A stretch of 64,000 nt of DNA from Eremomyces bilateralis CBS 781.70. Taxonomy: Eukaryota. Below are positions 25,078 through 38,587 of the stretch, one piece after another. How positions within the stretch are numbered: the first letter of the stretch is position 1; every line of letters begins with the position of its first letter. The notes under the pieces are model-generated. The model did not search any database, was not told the origin of the DNA, and worked only from the letters and a program-made list of their open reading frames with translations. The stretch lies in the NCBI GenBank assembly GCA_010015585.1, contig ML975149.1; one strand, given 5' to 3'. Position numbers and translations under genes: made by a program.

Positions 25078-26862
25078 TCTGGATGGTGTGGTCTGGCGCT
25101 CCTCCGAGGATAGATCTCGGTTTTCCGTTTTGGGATCCAGGATTGCGGCGATGATTGCGGCAACTCCTTTCGATCAAAGGAGCAGCCACGAGTGAGGAGC
25201 CAAGTCGCAGGATGCAGCTTAGTCCTGTGTGAGTCTCAATCGCGCTGAGGAACGCCTCGACGAAATGGGGATTCGTGTCAACTAATCGACGTTGTGGCTC
25301 CTTTGCTTCCGGTGGGACCGTGCGTAACGTGGTCCGAGGCGTGGAGAAGAAGGGAGGGGCACGGAGGAATGTACAAAACAGACGGAGCCGATAGAGGGGT
25401 TTTAGGAGAGAAGGGTATTCCCTATGTACAGAGAGGAGAGGAAGGGATGGCGGATGGAAGATATTGAATTCAGCGTTGCAGCATCGAAGAAAATGAAGCA
25501 GACGAATTATGAAACGTCAGGAGAGAGCCGCCGAGCCGCGTCAACAGAAACAGTTGGCGTTCAGCCGTGCAAGCCGCTCCAGCGGTTAGGCGTTAGGACT
25601 TGGCCCTTAGGAAACCTTTGGGGTTGTGGCACAAGTCATAAGTGGCACCAAATTCCCTGTGAATATTAATGACATGGGTGTTCGGTCACTTGGTGATCAA
25701 TCAGATATCTGTCTCATATTATCACAGTGATATCAGGCCAATTCCTTGATACCTACACACCCAGACTCGGCAACTCGATTGGGCTTCCGATGAATCAATC
25801 ATGTTGAGACTGTTTGACTGTGTCACGGTGTGAGTACGAAGCCGTAATGCAGGTTATTAAGTCATTCACTCGTTCTCCAATCTCCATCCTCTCTATCGTT
25901 CTGGAATCTTGATATGCTGATTATTCGACGTTGAAGCTTTGGCCTGAGCCTTGAAGGGAGGCTGGTGGCGCATACCGAGATTTGAGACCGCCAGTCATGT
26001 TCTAATACTACCGACTAATGGAATATGAATGGACCGGACATGTAGGCAAGGCGATTTATGAAACGTCCATCCAGGCCGTCATCGATTCTCCCTGGCATTC
26101 GATAGTATAAGTACACCTGAGGTGAGGATGTGAGGTTCCTCAGTCCACACATCCACGACTCAATTCCAAGTTTCCGGCCCCTTTGCAGACTTTTGTTTCG
26201 CTGGATCGGCTCTATTGTAGCGGATTAACCCGTAATCTTGGCAGGGTCACTCGGGCACTTATTCGGTTGATCGAGACTTGACATGAGGACTGTGGACTGG
26301 GAACCCTCGTCTCACGTCTACGGTCTATCGTCTGGTCTTGACGCCTAACGGCCCGACCGGACCTCGTACTGAGGCTCATACTGTACTTAAATCTACTAAC
26401 GGTGGACTTAGAGGTACTTGAGCACATGCCAACAGCCAAGTTACCAAGTTTCGACAAACATGTTTGATTTCAGGGTGGGGACTGGGGAGCTAGGCTAAAC
26501 CTGGATTCAGTAGAGATCGTCGTCAAATAAAACGTTGTTGTCTTTCGATCAATTCTAGATTTCTGCATCGATTGACGCTTGTCTTGTATGCACATGGAAC
26601 TGGGTTGAGTCGAGACATACAGCCATAAACATTTGGTGATTTGAATGTAAGGACACTGACTCTTACTATGGTATCAGATCATACATGATACTCCGTACAT
26701 CATACTGCCTACTGATAAGTGGTATTGCTTTATAAAATTGTATGTGTACTGTTAGTGGATACCGCACGCGCTGGCTAACTACCAGGTAGATATTTCGGTA
26801 ATTATTGACACGGTCTGGATGCGCAAGGTCTGCGATTACCAAGTTCCATTAATCTAAACTGA

Positions 26863-26877
26863 AGAGAGAGAGAGAGA
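26863..26877. repeat. Short (GA)n microsatellite
   Basis: agagagagagagaga seen directly. Confidence 0.7.
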
Positions 26878-27437
26878 AAGAAGAAATCTCCCGGCACCTT
26901 TGTGCGCGAGATAGTGACTCTCCTCTCTAATGCCCTAATGCTGTGTTACCATGTTTGTTTGCTTCTCTGATATAATCCACTAGCCACGTCTTTAGCCACA
27001 ACCAAGGGAGCAGGCCTGCGGCCTGGAACCATAACAACCGGAGGCAATTATACTTCGGATGAATAGACGGCTTGACGCTCCCTTGTAAAACGTCTATGAG
27101 ACACCCACTTAGTCTCGCTCTAAAGACCGAAGTTACATAATGCATCATCCATGATCCAGGCACTGGCATTTGGCGCTTTTCCCTACAAGTTCGGCTAACA
27201 AATTCCCAACTCACTTTTCTACCCCATACGAAAATCGCATGATGCCAAATCGCCGACAAAGAACCTCTCCATAGAATTCAGTAATAATCGCGGTTCGTCC
27301 ACGAGTCATGAAGTCGACTAAATATCCCGCAGCAATCGGGCCATGCATGGGTTTTGTATTTCACTGGCTCTTCTCCTCGAACTTCCATTGAAGGACAACG
27401 TTAGATCATAGATGATAGACTGCTCACCGGAGTCACG

Positions 27438-29061
27438 ATGCAGTTGACCAGGCTTGCATTGGTTTTGGCACTGTCTCTCCCTTTGGCTTCTGCGCAAACG
27501 AATCCGCTCTCCGGCATCTCAACATGCGCCGTAAGACTCACTTCACTGATTGCTGTTCCCGTAACTCTGCTGACATCGCTAGGTTGGTTGTATGGGGACC
27601 GTTGTCCCCAACTTCTGTAACCCGACTGATTTGTCTTGCATGTGTACAAATGAAGGACTCGCAGCTAGTATACAAGAATGCTTGACATCCAGTTGCACTC
27701 TCATCGAGGCTCTTGGTACGTTCCCCGACCCAAGAGGCCTTTGCCACGCTGACCAGCATAGAAACACGGAATGCGACGGCCGTACTATGCGAGGAACCGA
27801 TTCGAACTCGGCCCGATGTGCTCCTCTATCTGCCTTTGAATATCGTTGCTTGGGTCCTGGTGATCTTGAGGTTCATTGCTCGGCATAAGTCGATATCTCC
27901 AAGAACCGTCGGGTTGGACGATGCCTGTATGGCGATCTCCGCTGTAAGTTGCAACTCAATTGCATCTAAAGGCTCGCATTCGCTCATGAACCCTACGTCT
28001 AGGTTATGCTCGTCCCATTTACTATATTTTGCACTATATGTTCGTGTTTCCTACTCCAAATGGAGTGTCATCCACTGATGAGTTAGCTCGATATCATGGT
28101 CTCGGAATGGACATCTGGAAAGTCACGCCAGATGACGTTACTTTACTACTTCGGGTAGGTTCTGGAAGCATTCAAGGGACATGAACCTACCAGCTGACAG
28201 ATGCAGGACTTTTATGCCACCGAGGTCATTTATCCCATCATGTCTTCGTTCATAAAAGCATCATTTATCTTCTTCTACCTTCGGATCTTCCCCTCCCAGC
28301 GATTTCGTATAATATGTTACGGTGTCATGACACTTAGCTTTGCCTATGGAATTACGTTTAGCAGCGCCTATGCCTTCCAATGCACACCTGTACCCTTTGC
28401 ATGGACTCGGTGGGATGGACTTCATGCTGGGACTTGCATTAATGTAAACAGCATGGTATATGCTCAAGCATCGATCAACATATTCCTTGATCTTCTGGTT
28501 CTTGGGCTTCCTTTGCCTGCGCTCTTCAAATTGGAGCTGTCTTGGGCCAGAAAGTCGCTTGTCTTGTCCATGTTTAGCTTGGGATTCTTGTAAGTCTTGG
28601 CCGGATTTCGCCTGCTCGCATTGCTAACGACCATGTAGTATTACGGGCGTCAGTTGTGTTCGATTATCTCAAGTTTTGATGTTTGGAGACACTACCAACC
28701 CATCGAGTAAGTCATGCAAGGCGCATTTGTTGCTCTTGACTAACCATTTGTAGGAGAATGGTATGGTCTTGGAATTTGGACGGTCATTGAAGTCGATGTG
28801 GGGATCATCTGCGCATGTCTACCGACGATGGGCATTCTTCTACGAAAGATATTCCCGGGCTTATCGAGGTCAACTCAGAAAAACAGTCAAATGACCCCTG
28901 CAAGCATGGGTAGTCGTAGTCATGATCTGGCTCCGAGCAAGGGTGCCAAAGGTTCAAAAGGGGGAACAGGAAAATGGGATACTCTGAACGACGGTGGTTT
29001 TATCGAATTGTCGGAGAGTATGCAGAGTTTACACCATGCAAATGGACGACCGTATCATTAG
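27438..29061 (+). CDS. CFEM-domain PTH11-like integral membrane receptor (multi-exon)
   Basis: Signal peptide; CFEM cysteines (ISTCA|VGCM..CNPTDLSCMC..CLTSSC..LC); GLDD, HGLGMDIW, KASFIFFYLRIF, FQCTPV, LDLLVLGLP, EVDVGIICACLP. Confidence 0.9.
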
Positions 29062-29196
29062 CGAGTGGAGCATTTTACGATTCAGTAAGGTTAAGGATAT
29101 ACTGCACTGCAAGGGACAGGGAAAGGTTGAGAGACTGTAAATTTAGAGAGTAATGTCAACTACAAGTATAAACCGCTAAACTGGATGAAAGCACTT

Positions 29197-30493
29197 TCAG
29201 TCCTCGGAGATAGCTTCAATAGCCCATTTCAGCATCCGTTCCGTAGCATCCCCCTTTTGCTTCAGGAGGCCTTCTAAAAGGATGAAGTCATGAGCCTCCT
29301 TCTCTCCAATTTCCAAGGTGACGTCAACGCTGCCAGTATTTCTCCCCCTGACCCGCTCCGCATATTCCTCACAACTTGTCGCAAAGATTTCATGTTTGCC
29401 TGCGGTGATGTAAATCTTCCCCGTCGCGGCTCCCATGGAGTCGACCCAAGTTTCCGGCACATCCATGGGGAACGACCATCCCAGGCCCTCCTTGATCTCC
29501 TCGTGGCCGTTCGTCCCGTGGAAGAAGCTGCGGGCGGTATCCCGAATAATAGGCGCCGACAGCATATCGATAGGTGCATTGGACCGATATGACGCTGTTT
29601 GGGTATTCAAGGACACAAACGGCGAAACGAGAAACGCCCCGGCGAGGGGATGTGCTAGTTCAATCTTTCGGACAGCAGGATGTGGGCGTACAACGTGAGC
29701 CAACAAAGCATGTGCCATCTGCCCACCGACCGAATCTCCTCCAATGATGATGTTCTTCGGTTCAAACCCACTGTCAAACAGGTGTTGCAGACCGTCGACC
29801 GCCTCTGCGAACTGCGATGGGTATCGTGCCGACGGAACGAGCGTGTACTGAAGAACAGCAACAGCAAACTCATTCTTCGTGTTCAGCGTCTCCTCGACAT
29901 ACCGCAGAGCCCATTCCAAATGTCCAGGAAGTAGTGGAAACACGTATCCTCCGCCATGAAAGAACAAGACCACCTTCTTGCACGTCCGACGATCTCCAAC
30001 CCAGAATATTGAGGATTTTCCATTGGGTAGCGTTTCGATATCGACCGAGAGTTTTTCCTGCAGCCCCGGGAACTTCTTTACCTGCGGATCTTTAGACTTC
30101 TCTTCGAGCCACGCATGGTATGTGTCGCAAGCATTCGGATTATAGTATTGGATTTCTTCGGGCGACAGTTGTTCGAGAAGCGTTCGAAGGAAGCCAGCGG
30201 CGGCGAAGGAGGAGACGGTCAACCGACGGTTTGCGGCAACAGTCGTGGCGCGGATGATGTTGAACAGCAGCGGGATCGGGACTGCAAGTGTTAGCTACCT
30301 GGCTGCAAAAGGAACGTGGACGGGACGGAAGTACCAATCACAGCGCATTTAAGGTAATACTTGATTTTCCCAAGCAATGAGAGCTTCCCAGCCCGTCCAA
30401 CTCGTTTATAGGGCGATGTCCGATCGGTCTGCTTTCTTTAGCTCAACGGCGCATAAATCATTGGTGCCGATTTGTTGTTACCTGTTCCGCCAT
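29197..30493 (-). CDS. Alpha/beta hydrolase, HSL-like (Say1/Mug180 steryl acetyl hydrolase type), 3 exons
   Basis: FFHGGGY oxyanion motif, GGDSVGG nucleophile elbow, E and H of the triad (KHEIF, EAHDF). Two short 5' exons from ATG 30493 splice in frame. Confidence 0.88.
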
Positions 30494-31817
30494 GTCGCCA
30501 GCGATTTCTCGTTTGGTGTTTCATAAGGATCAGGAAGACGGCTACATTATTGTTGTAGCTGTGGAATATTGGATGCACAGATATGCATACCTATGCCCCT
30601 ATTAGTTAGTGATTCCCCCCCCCCAGGTCGCAGCTCAGCGAAATCACCCATCGCTGCTTAGCGCGCCTTTTCCCTGTGTTGGCAAATCGAATGCCTCTGG
30701 TCCATGGTCCATGGAGTATGGACCGAAATTAGGCTCGACACTATCGTCGGCGCTCCATCACTGGTAGTATCGCCGCAGTGTGGATTTGGGAGAGCTCCCA
30801 AGCCAGACATCAACATTCAATCAGTTGGACTTTGGAGTAAACGGGTACGGATTTCAAACTCTGATTCAGGACTGTATCGGCAACAGCACATATCGAAAAG
30901 GAAATTCAATTAGTCAACACGAGTCACCAAGTGATATTAATATTCTCCTGCATCATACTGACTCGAATGGAATTCATAGAAGTGTTAAAGGCCCACAGTC
31001 GTAGCCAAGCAGTGGTCCACGGCAGTAACAAAAACTACTGCAGAGCAATTCGACTAAGCGGAACCACTGAAAACGGCGTTAAAACCATCATTTTTGAGGC
31101 AAGTTCGGTAGCGTCTCTAATATGAGTATATGACATGTTTCTTCGTAAAATTAAACGTGTTTGATGTTTTCTCCACGTATCTAACAACTACCTACTCCGT
31201 AATTACTGTATTCCGTATGGATGGCTGACTAAGGTAGTTGTGATTACGGATACTTGTGAACAATCGATCAATTGATTCCTGAGCCCGTTCGGGCCAACTT
31301 CGGGTCGGCCCATGTGGAGACTGGGGAGTACATAGTTGTGAACAGCACGTGATGCGTTCTGAACCGCAACAGAAACAAACAAATATGAATGCCTAATTCA
31401 GCTTCAGGCAATGATTCTCCATCCAGCTGACGAAGCGCACCACCTGTGTCACGACGTCCACATTCATCATCTTCATCTTTGGAAATGACGGAACTCTTGT
31501 ATGTACCATGAATACAAATTGTCTGAGATACCAGTGCAACCAGTTTAGCATCTCCAATCGCCAAAGCTATCATCTAGCTGTCTGGTGACCATAGCACTAC
31601 AGCCATTTACGCGCCTTTCCCAATCGCTTGAAAGCATATAGTCTACTATCCGATTTCCTCGCTTCACACTTCACCACCCACATATTCTTCTTCACCAACC
31701 TTCCTCAACCGTACCGTCTTGTTGCTCTTAACTAAGGCTCGTACCTAGTTTTAGTTGCAAGATATCGATAGCATCTATGCACTACAATTAGCTTCTCCGT
31801 CCTAGCAATCAGAAGCC

Positions 31818-34539
31818 ATGTCGTTCTTTGGCTTTGACACCACTTTGCCCCGCGATCGCAAAGTCGTTCCGGGTTTCAGCAGCCAGCATGATGCGTTTGC
31901 AGGCCTCGAAGGCGGGGCAGCAGATGATAACGCGTAATAACTGCCTAGAAATCTTTGATAGCGCTTCGTTCTAACGTTCCTCCAGGCTCGAATTCGAGGA
32001 CACTTATGACGGCCTCGGCGATCAGTTGAGCGACGCCGACGATGCCCTCAACGACGACACATTCGGAGAGCAGCCGGCGACTCAGGCTGGTGTGGGAAGA
32101 GATTTTGACTTCGCATCCCGGACGGCTAGAGTCGCAGATGCCATGCAGGAGGAGCAGATGATCTACCATGCCCGCCATGGCATCAATAAGCCGCAGGCAC
32201 CACCGCCAGTACAGTACCAGCCAGCCAAGACAGGATACGAGAACTATGCGGATGCTTCATACATTCCGCGCCTTGAAGCTGATGCTGCTCTCTGGGGGAT
32301 TCCGCCGAAAGCAGCCGAAGCGCCAAGGGAGCAACCTGGCCCTGCAGCCGCCAGGAAGATGATGAGCTTAGAGGAGGTGGAGGCAATGATGAGACAACAA
32401 TCGGTTCACACAACTCAGCAGCCCGCCCCTCAGTCTATTGCACCCGAGCCGGTTCCTCACCATCAGCAACAGTTCCAGCCGCCTGGCCCGCCGCCGCCGC
32501 AGTTCTCTGGTCCTCCACAAGTCCTTCAACGGCCGCATCCACAGCAGCCAGGTTTCCTGCCCCCAATCCAGCAGGCCATTCCTCATGATGCTCGTAGTTT
32601 CCATGAGCGTCCTCCCATGCAGGCAGAACTGCCAGGGCAGGGTGTCCAGCATCCCCAGATCCTTCAGCGACCGAAACAGGCACCGGAACCCAGCAATCAG
32701 AGACAACAACCCCGTCAGCGTCCTCCGCCGCAGCAGGCCAGAGCGTCTCCACAACCGCGCCAGATCCTCCAGAACCCCAACCGACTTTCGGGTCAGGGCC
32801 AACCAGTCCAACAGCCACGCCCAAGCGACGCGGCTGGGCAGCGGGTCCCAACTGGACCGGCTCATCAACGAGGTCCTTCATACAGCGGGCCTATCATTAC
32901 CAATCCTCAGCAGATACTCCAACTGTCCGACGAAGAGCGAAAGGCATACCTTATTGAGGAAGCCAAACGAGCGAAGCGAAATCACAAGATCCATATGTTG
33001 TCGAAAGATAACGGTCTCATGACGCCACAAGACAAGAACTTCATCACTAGGATCCAACTTCAGCAGTTGATGGCTTCTATTGGTAACCTCGACGAGGCTG
33101 GATCTCCGGAAGCTATCATCTCGGACGACTTTTACTACCAAGTATATGCTCAGATCCGCGGTGCCGCGCGTGCTCATCCGGGACAGCCTGCCTCGCAGTT
33201 TGCCCAAACCTACCTCTTCCAGACCGGCGGGCGGTACGGTTTCGGGCGAAGGGGTCGCCAGGGAAATGCCGATAATCATATCCAGCGAATGGAGCAGCAA
33301 GTGGCGAGGGCGGTGGAAGCCGCAAAAGCGAAGCCCAAAAACAAGCAACTTGTGATTGAAGGAAGTCTGGGAAAGATCAGCTTCTCCAATGCCAAGACCC
33401 CCAAACCTCTCCTCAACATCAAGCCAGCAGCTTTGCATCACGCTGAAGCACGTCCAGGCAGTGCACAGGGCGGGAAGGATCCGCACGGAAGTGTGAAGGA
33501 CGAGGCTACTGAACGTCGTAAGGTCCTGAAGGATCTTGAAACCGTCTATGAAACCCTGATGGCGATGGAGGATCACGATCGCCGGATGCCACCACCATTA
33601 ACCGAGGAGAGCTCTGCGGATCTGATCCAAGCGATGATGGAATGGCGGCATAGGTTGGGACAGTTGAACAAAAAGTTGTGGAATGGCCTGAGAGTCATGG
33701 AACCTATTGTTCCTGGGTACGTCTGACACCAATTGATGCAAATATGGCCATATTGACCCGTCTCTAGCTCACCCATTCCCCACCCATTTATCCTGCTTGT
33801 TAACCACGGCAAGGGCATGAAAGCATTGGGCCGCGTCTTCCGTCACATCGACGACAACCAACGCCTCACCATCACGACCCTCACCCTCATCAACCTCGAT
33901 CACCTCCGCGTCATCCAACACGGCGTCCCTCCCCCCAACAGCACCACCCTCCCCCAACCCATCAAAGATGAAATCGACCTTTTCACCGCCACCATTAACC
34001 CCCTCCTCTTCGCCGTCTTCCACGACTCCCCCCTTAATGTTGTCGTCGGACTCCTCGGCCTCATCGTCGAGCGCACCACCATCCCCTGGCTCGCCCGCAC
34101 CAAGATCGGCACCTCCATCCTTACCCTCCTCGTCTCCCGCGCCGAAGTCCTCCGCGAAGCCCTCGTCGCCCAGCAGGCCGCGCAGATGCTCCCCGCCGAG
34201 TCCCTCGAACAGCAGCTCCCCGACCTCGCCGCGTACCGGGACACGTACACGAAGCTGTTCGCCGCGCTGGAGCCGGCGCTGCCGTTCCTTTTCGGCGGGT
34301 TCGGTCACCCGGCGAAGACCGAGACAGGCGACGACGTCCATGTGTGGCAGTTCCTGGCGTGCATCGGGGCGGCGGCGGATCCGGGGCAGCAGCAGCGGTT
34401 AGTACTGGGGGTGAAGGATCGGGTGATGGAAACGGTGGGGGTAGCGAGAAGCTTGCCTGGGGAAGAAGGGGAGAAGCGGTTGCACAAGGTCAATCTGTTC
34501 ATGAGGGGATTGGGGTTGGATGTGGAGTTGTTGTCGTAG
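31818..34539 (+). CDS. PAT1: mRNA decay factor Pat1 (topoisomerase II-associated), 3 exons
   Basis: MSFFGFDTT, DDALNDDTFG, MSLEEVEA, NGLMTPQDKNFITRIQLQQL, DFYYQV, EGSLGKISFSNAKTPKPLL, VNLFMRGLGLDVELL. Confidence 0.95.
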
Positions 34540-35446
34540 TATTTTCTTTCTGTTATTTGCATTGGCGTAGCATGATTGTTATCGTCAATGCCTGGGAAAA
34601 AGCTGTGTGGAAGGATAGGGATGATCACCAAATTCATTCAGATATGGTTTCGAATTTCACGCAGGCTGCGCATCAAGGAGTAGGTACGCAGTTTGTGAGC
34701 CGCCCTAGGATAGATTCTACAAGAAAGGGACAATCCATCAATGACAAACATCGATACTATACCTTATGCCTCTGAAGCAGGTTCGAGCACTTTGACACCT
34801 GAAAGGGCTCGTTGAGAGGAGTATTCCCATGAACTCGCTAGTCTAGATTTAACCATTTATCCTTATGATATTAAGCCCTAGAAATCTAGCCACCCTCGGT
34901 TGCACATCCGAGCCACCATATCTGTCATCTCTAGTCTTCGTTAAGGCTCAGGACGATTCACTTGTACCACTCGACTGCGCGGACGGCCGACGCATTATAT
35001 ACCGCGCCTTATATATCTATATTAGGAGTCGCACCCCCGGATTTCATCTTCCAATTGGCATCAAGATTAAGTCCACACCATGCCATATTATTATTACTGT
35101 ACGGATATTGTCACTTTGCGATGGCAAATCCTGGGGTAGAATCTGTGCGCTGAGAGCCTGAGACAGCCCTTTGGCCGCCATGCCCACCGTGCCGCGTAAT
35201 CCTCACGCGCGACCCGTCGGAGTCCTGACATCGGTCAGGGTGCTACATCGTCAAATCTGGCCAGAGGGGTCTCCAAAGCAAGATGCGAGGCCAGGATATC
35301 GACCGCATATCCCCGCCCAGTGCCTCGATTTCACACTCCTTCCATCCCCACAGCAAGGTATCTCCAGACTCCAAGACCACAGGCATGAGGCAAAGAAACA
35401 CCCAGCAGCAATTTCAGCGGTAGCCGGTAGCGAGAGCCGAGATGCT

Positions 35447-35508
35447 CCGATACACCGATACAGGATACCCGATCACCCGATACACTCGATACTGAATACT
35501 CAATACAG
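35447..35508. repeat. Degenerate 7-8 bp minisatellite (CCGATACA-like), about 8 units
   Basis: ccgataca ccgataca ggatac ccgatcac ccgataca ctcgatac tgaatac tcaataca. Confidence 0.7.
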
Positions 35509-36389
35509 CAGTGCAGCAGCGCACGAGCCACGAGCAGTCCCCGGGAGGCATCCGCATTGCCCGTCGCGCAACGCCTCCGAGTCTCAAACGGTCCAGCCAT
35601 CCACTATCATGCGCGGCGCCGAGCCTCATGCTGGCTGAGGCGGACGGCGCTGGACCGGAATGGGGGATAGTGGGCCGACGATCAAGCCACAGTGGATGAA
35701 CTAGATGCGAGACACGACCGGGGGGAGTGGGAAGAATTGGGGGGGAGGGGATCAAAGGAGGCCGAATTCGGGTTAATGCATTCGTGTTCGTGTGGAGTAT
35801 GACCATTGCTTGCCCCTTTCTTAGTTCATGGCGCTTTGGCAGCTCATGAGCAGCTCAGAAGCCGCTGCACATGGCACTTGGCAGCGTGCCTTGGAGTGCT
35901 GTTGGCGGGCGCAGTGTTCGCAGTAGTCGTAGCCAAGATGTCCGGTGTGGCCAATGCAGCCTTTTTCCATCGAGCTTCTTGGACCTTGACATCTTAACCT
36001 TGACATCCTTCAAACTTCGTGACTTCGTATTGCTAACACCTACAACCTTTCTTCCTTTGCTTTCGTTCACTTTGCCTTTCGCTTACTTGGGGATTTCCGC
36101 TTGTTGGAGGGAGAACTATCCTTTATAATAATACGGGGAACGTTTACGCGTTCCTGTTTGGCTTCTTGGTCGTCGGTCGAAAAGGAGTCCTTAGATGCAA
36201 CAAGACGTCGTTGCACTAGACGCATCCTTTTCCTGTCTTCGTTGCATTGCGGCATTGTTATCAAAGAAAGGAGGCTGAGAGAGCAATCCTTCTTAACTCC
36301 ACGCTAACTGTTGTGGCCCTCAAGAGCCGTCCCTTGGACCGCGGAAGTTTTTCGGTGGTTCAACAGCTTCATTCGGTCCCGCCTCCAAT

Positions 36390-38098
36390 ATGCGATTCTC
36401 GACCACCCTCTCACCATATCTTCTTGCCTTCATTTCCCTCCTACACACTTCATCCGCGGCCGATCAATCACCTAAAGCCGTATCCTTCCCTTTCTCCAAG
36501 CGAATCGCCCCCGCCGCGCCCCTCTCTCGCCTACGTCGTCGACTGAAGGCCGTCGACGTCGACATCTACGATGCGCAGAACCACCTTCTCTTCCTCGTTA
36601 ACGTCACCGTCGGCTCCCCCCCTCAAGAATTCTCCCTACAGCTGGACACCGGGTCGTCAGATATTTGGCTACCGTGGGAGCGAAGCACTCAATGCCTGAA
36701 GAATAACGCCTGCACGAACGGTGCCTATGACCCCGGTTCAAGCACATCTTATAAGAATATCGCCCGAGGGGATTTCGAGATCGCATATGTGGATGGCACC
36801 GAAATTGCGGGTGACTACATCACTGATGTGTTCGCGATCGGAGATGCCACGGTCAAGAATATGACAATGGGAGTGGCGACACAGGCTACCGTCAACTGTG
36901 CTAGCTGTCCGTTCCAGGGCATCGTTGGTGTCGGGTATCCGGCAGGAGAGAGTATCGCTCATACGGACGGTCCGGAATCAATTTATCCGAACTTAATCAA
37001 TCAACTAAAGAACCAGGGGTATATCAGTTCTCTGGCATACAGTCTTTGGTTGAATGATCTTGGTACGTTCTATGCCTGTATATCACAACAGCATAGCAGG
37101 TTCGCTAACATATTTGTACAGAATCTGAGATGGGGGAGATCCTCTTCGGTGCAGTCGACACGAATAAATACAGTGGCAAGCTTGTCTCCTTACCGGTACA
37201 GCCCGAGTCCGAATTTAGTGCCGGGTCCCGTATGAGCCATTCCCTCACCTCCTTCAACGTGGTCCTGGACAACCTCAACGTCGCCAATGGCAACGACGTC
37301 ATTCAATACTCCCAAAAAGACATGGCAATCCCGGTCATCCTCGACAGCGGCACCACCCTCACCTACCTTCCCGATCCGATCGCCCGTGACATCGCCAAAG
37401 GCGTCGGCGCCACCACCGACCCCGACTACGGCCTCGTCGTCCCCTGCTCCCTCCGCGACTCCAACGCCACCCTCAACTTTGGCTTCGGCAACCCCGGCGG
37501 CCCCGTCATCCGCGCCGAGATCTCGCAGTTCGTCCTCCCCTTCCCAGACGGCTACCCCGCCCCGCGCTTCCGCTCCGGCGTTGCCGCCTGCAACTGGGGC
37601 CTCCTCGGATCCGGCAGCGACCCGAACCTCTTCGGCGATACCTTCCTGCGCAGCGCCTACGTCGTCTACGACCTCGAGCACAACCAGGTCGCCATCGCGC
37701 AGACGGTGTTCAACGTGACCGACTCCAACGTCGTCGAGATCGTGAGCGGCATCCCCGATGTCACCTCCACCGCCAGCGGCGTCCAGGTCACCCAAACCGC
37801 GACCGGCAACAGCCCCTTCCAGTCGAATTTCCGCTCGAATTCCGGTGGTGGTTCCGGCACGGGCTTGCCGAGTGCGAGTCCCGCGACGTTCGATTTAGGT
37901 GCGACGGCGAGTGCCTCGACCCCCGGAGTACCAGCTGGTACCGGTTCGGGCATGGCGGGCGCACCGACGGGTGCGTCAGCAGCAGGACCTAGCTTGCTGC
38001 GTGTGGAGAGGGGAACGGTCGCGCTGTCGGCCATCACGACAATCTTGTCGGTGGTCGCGGGCCTAGGGGCCAGCGGCAGTCTTTTTGTATTGTTCTAA
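36390..38098 (+). CDS. Secreted/GPI-anchored aspartic protease (A1, yapsin/OpsA-like), 2 exons
   Basis: Signal peptide; catalytic LDTGSSD and LDSGTT; IAYVDG flap; FGDTFLRSAYVVYDL; Ser/Thr/Gly tail with hydrophobic C-terminus. Confidence 0.93.
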
Positions 38099-38587
38099 AG
38101 GCAAAAGAGCTGGAAAGGGCGCGTATACCCTATGGGGACCTTGTCCGCCTGCTTTTAACATGTACAGAGAAAGCAGCGTCAAGGATTAATAGCGCAGCTT
38201 GTACCTTGGCCTTTGGTTGGGCTGCGGGACTGGGTTGTCGCTGGGATAGTACCCCATTGCATGGAATCGGAGTTTGGGATCAGTGCGGGATGCACTTACA
38301 ACTCGGCCAAAAGGGATGGCATAGAGATACCACGATCGTTAAATTTTGCGAATTCGACACCCCATCTAAGTAAATAATATAATGAATGTTACATCACCCT
38401 AGCCTTGGCTCATTGAACAAGTGCCGTCGTCTCCCAAACCCCATCCGTATAAAGCAACCCTATTTTACTCCACCCCAGCTCCGAAACGCGATAAATCATC
38501 ACCTCATACTTGTCGACAGCTGTCAGTCCCACGGCAAGCTTCGATCCGGCATCTCTCATCAGGCATCCCTTCCCCCGTCAAGGTCAG

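Noticed and set aside
25078..27437. Mobile element in the long KRE2-PTH11 intergenic region
   Set aside because: No terminal repeats, transposase or RT motifs, or strongly AT-rich block seen.
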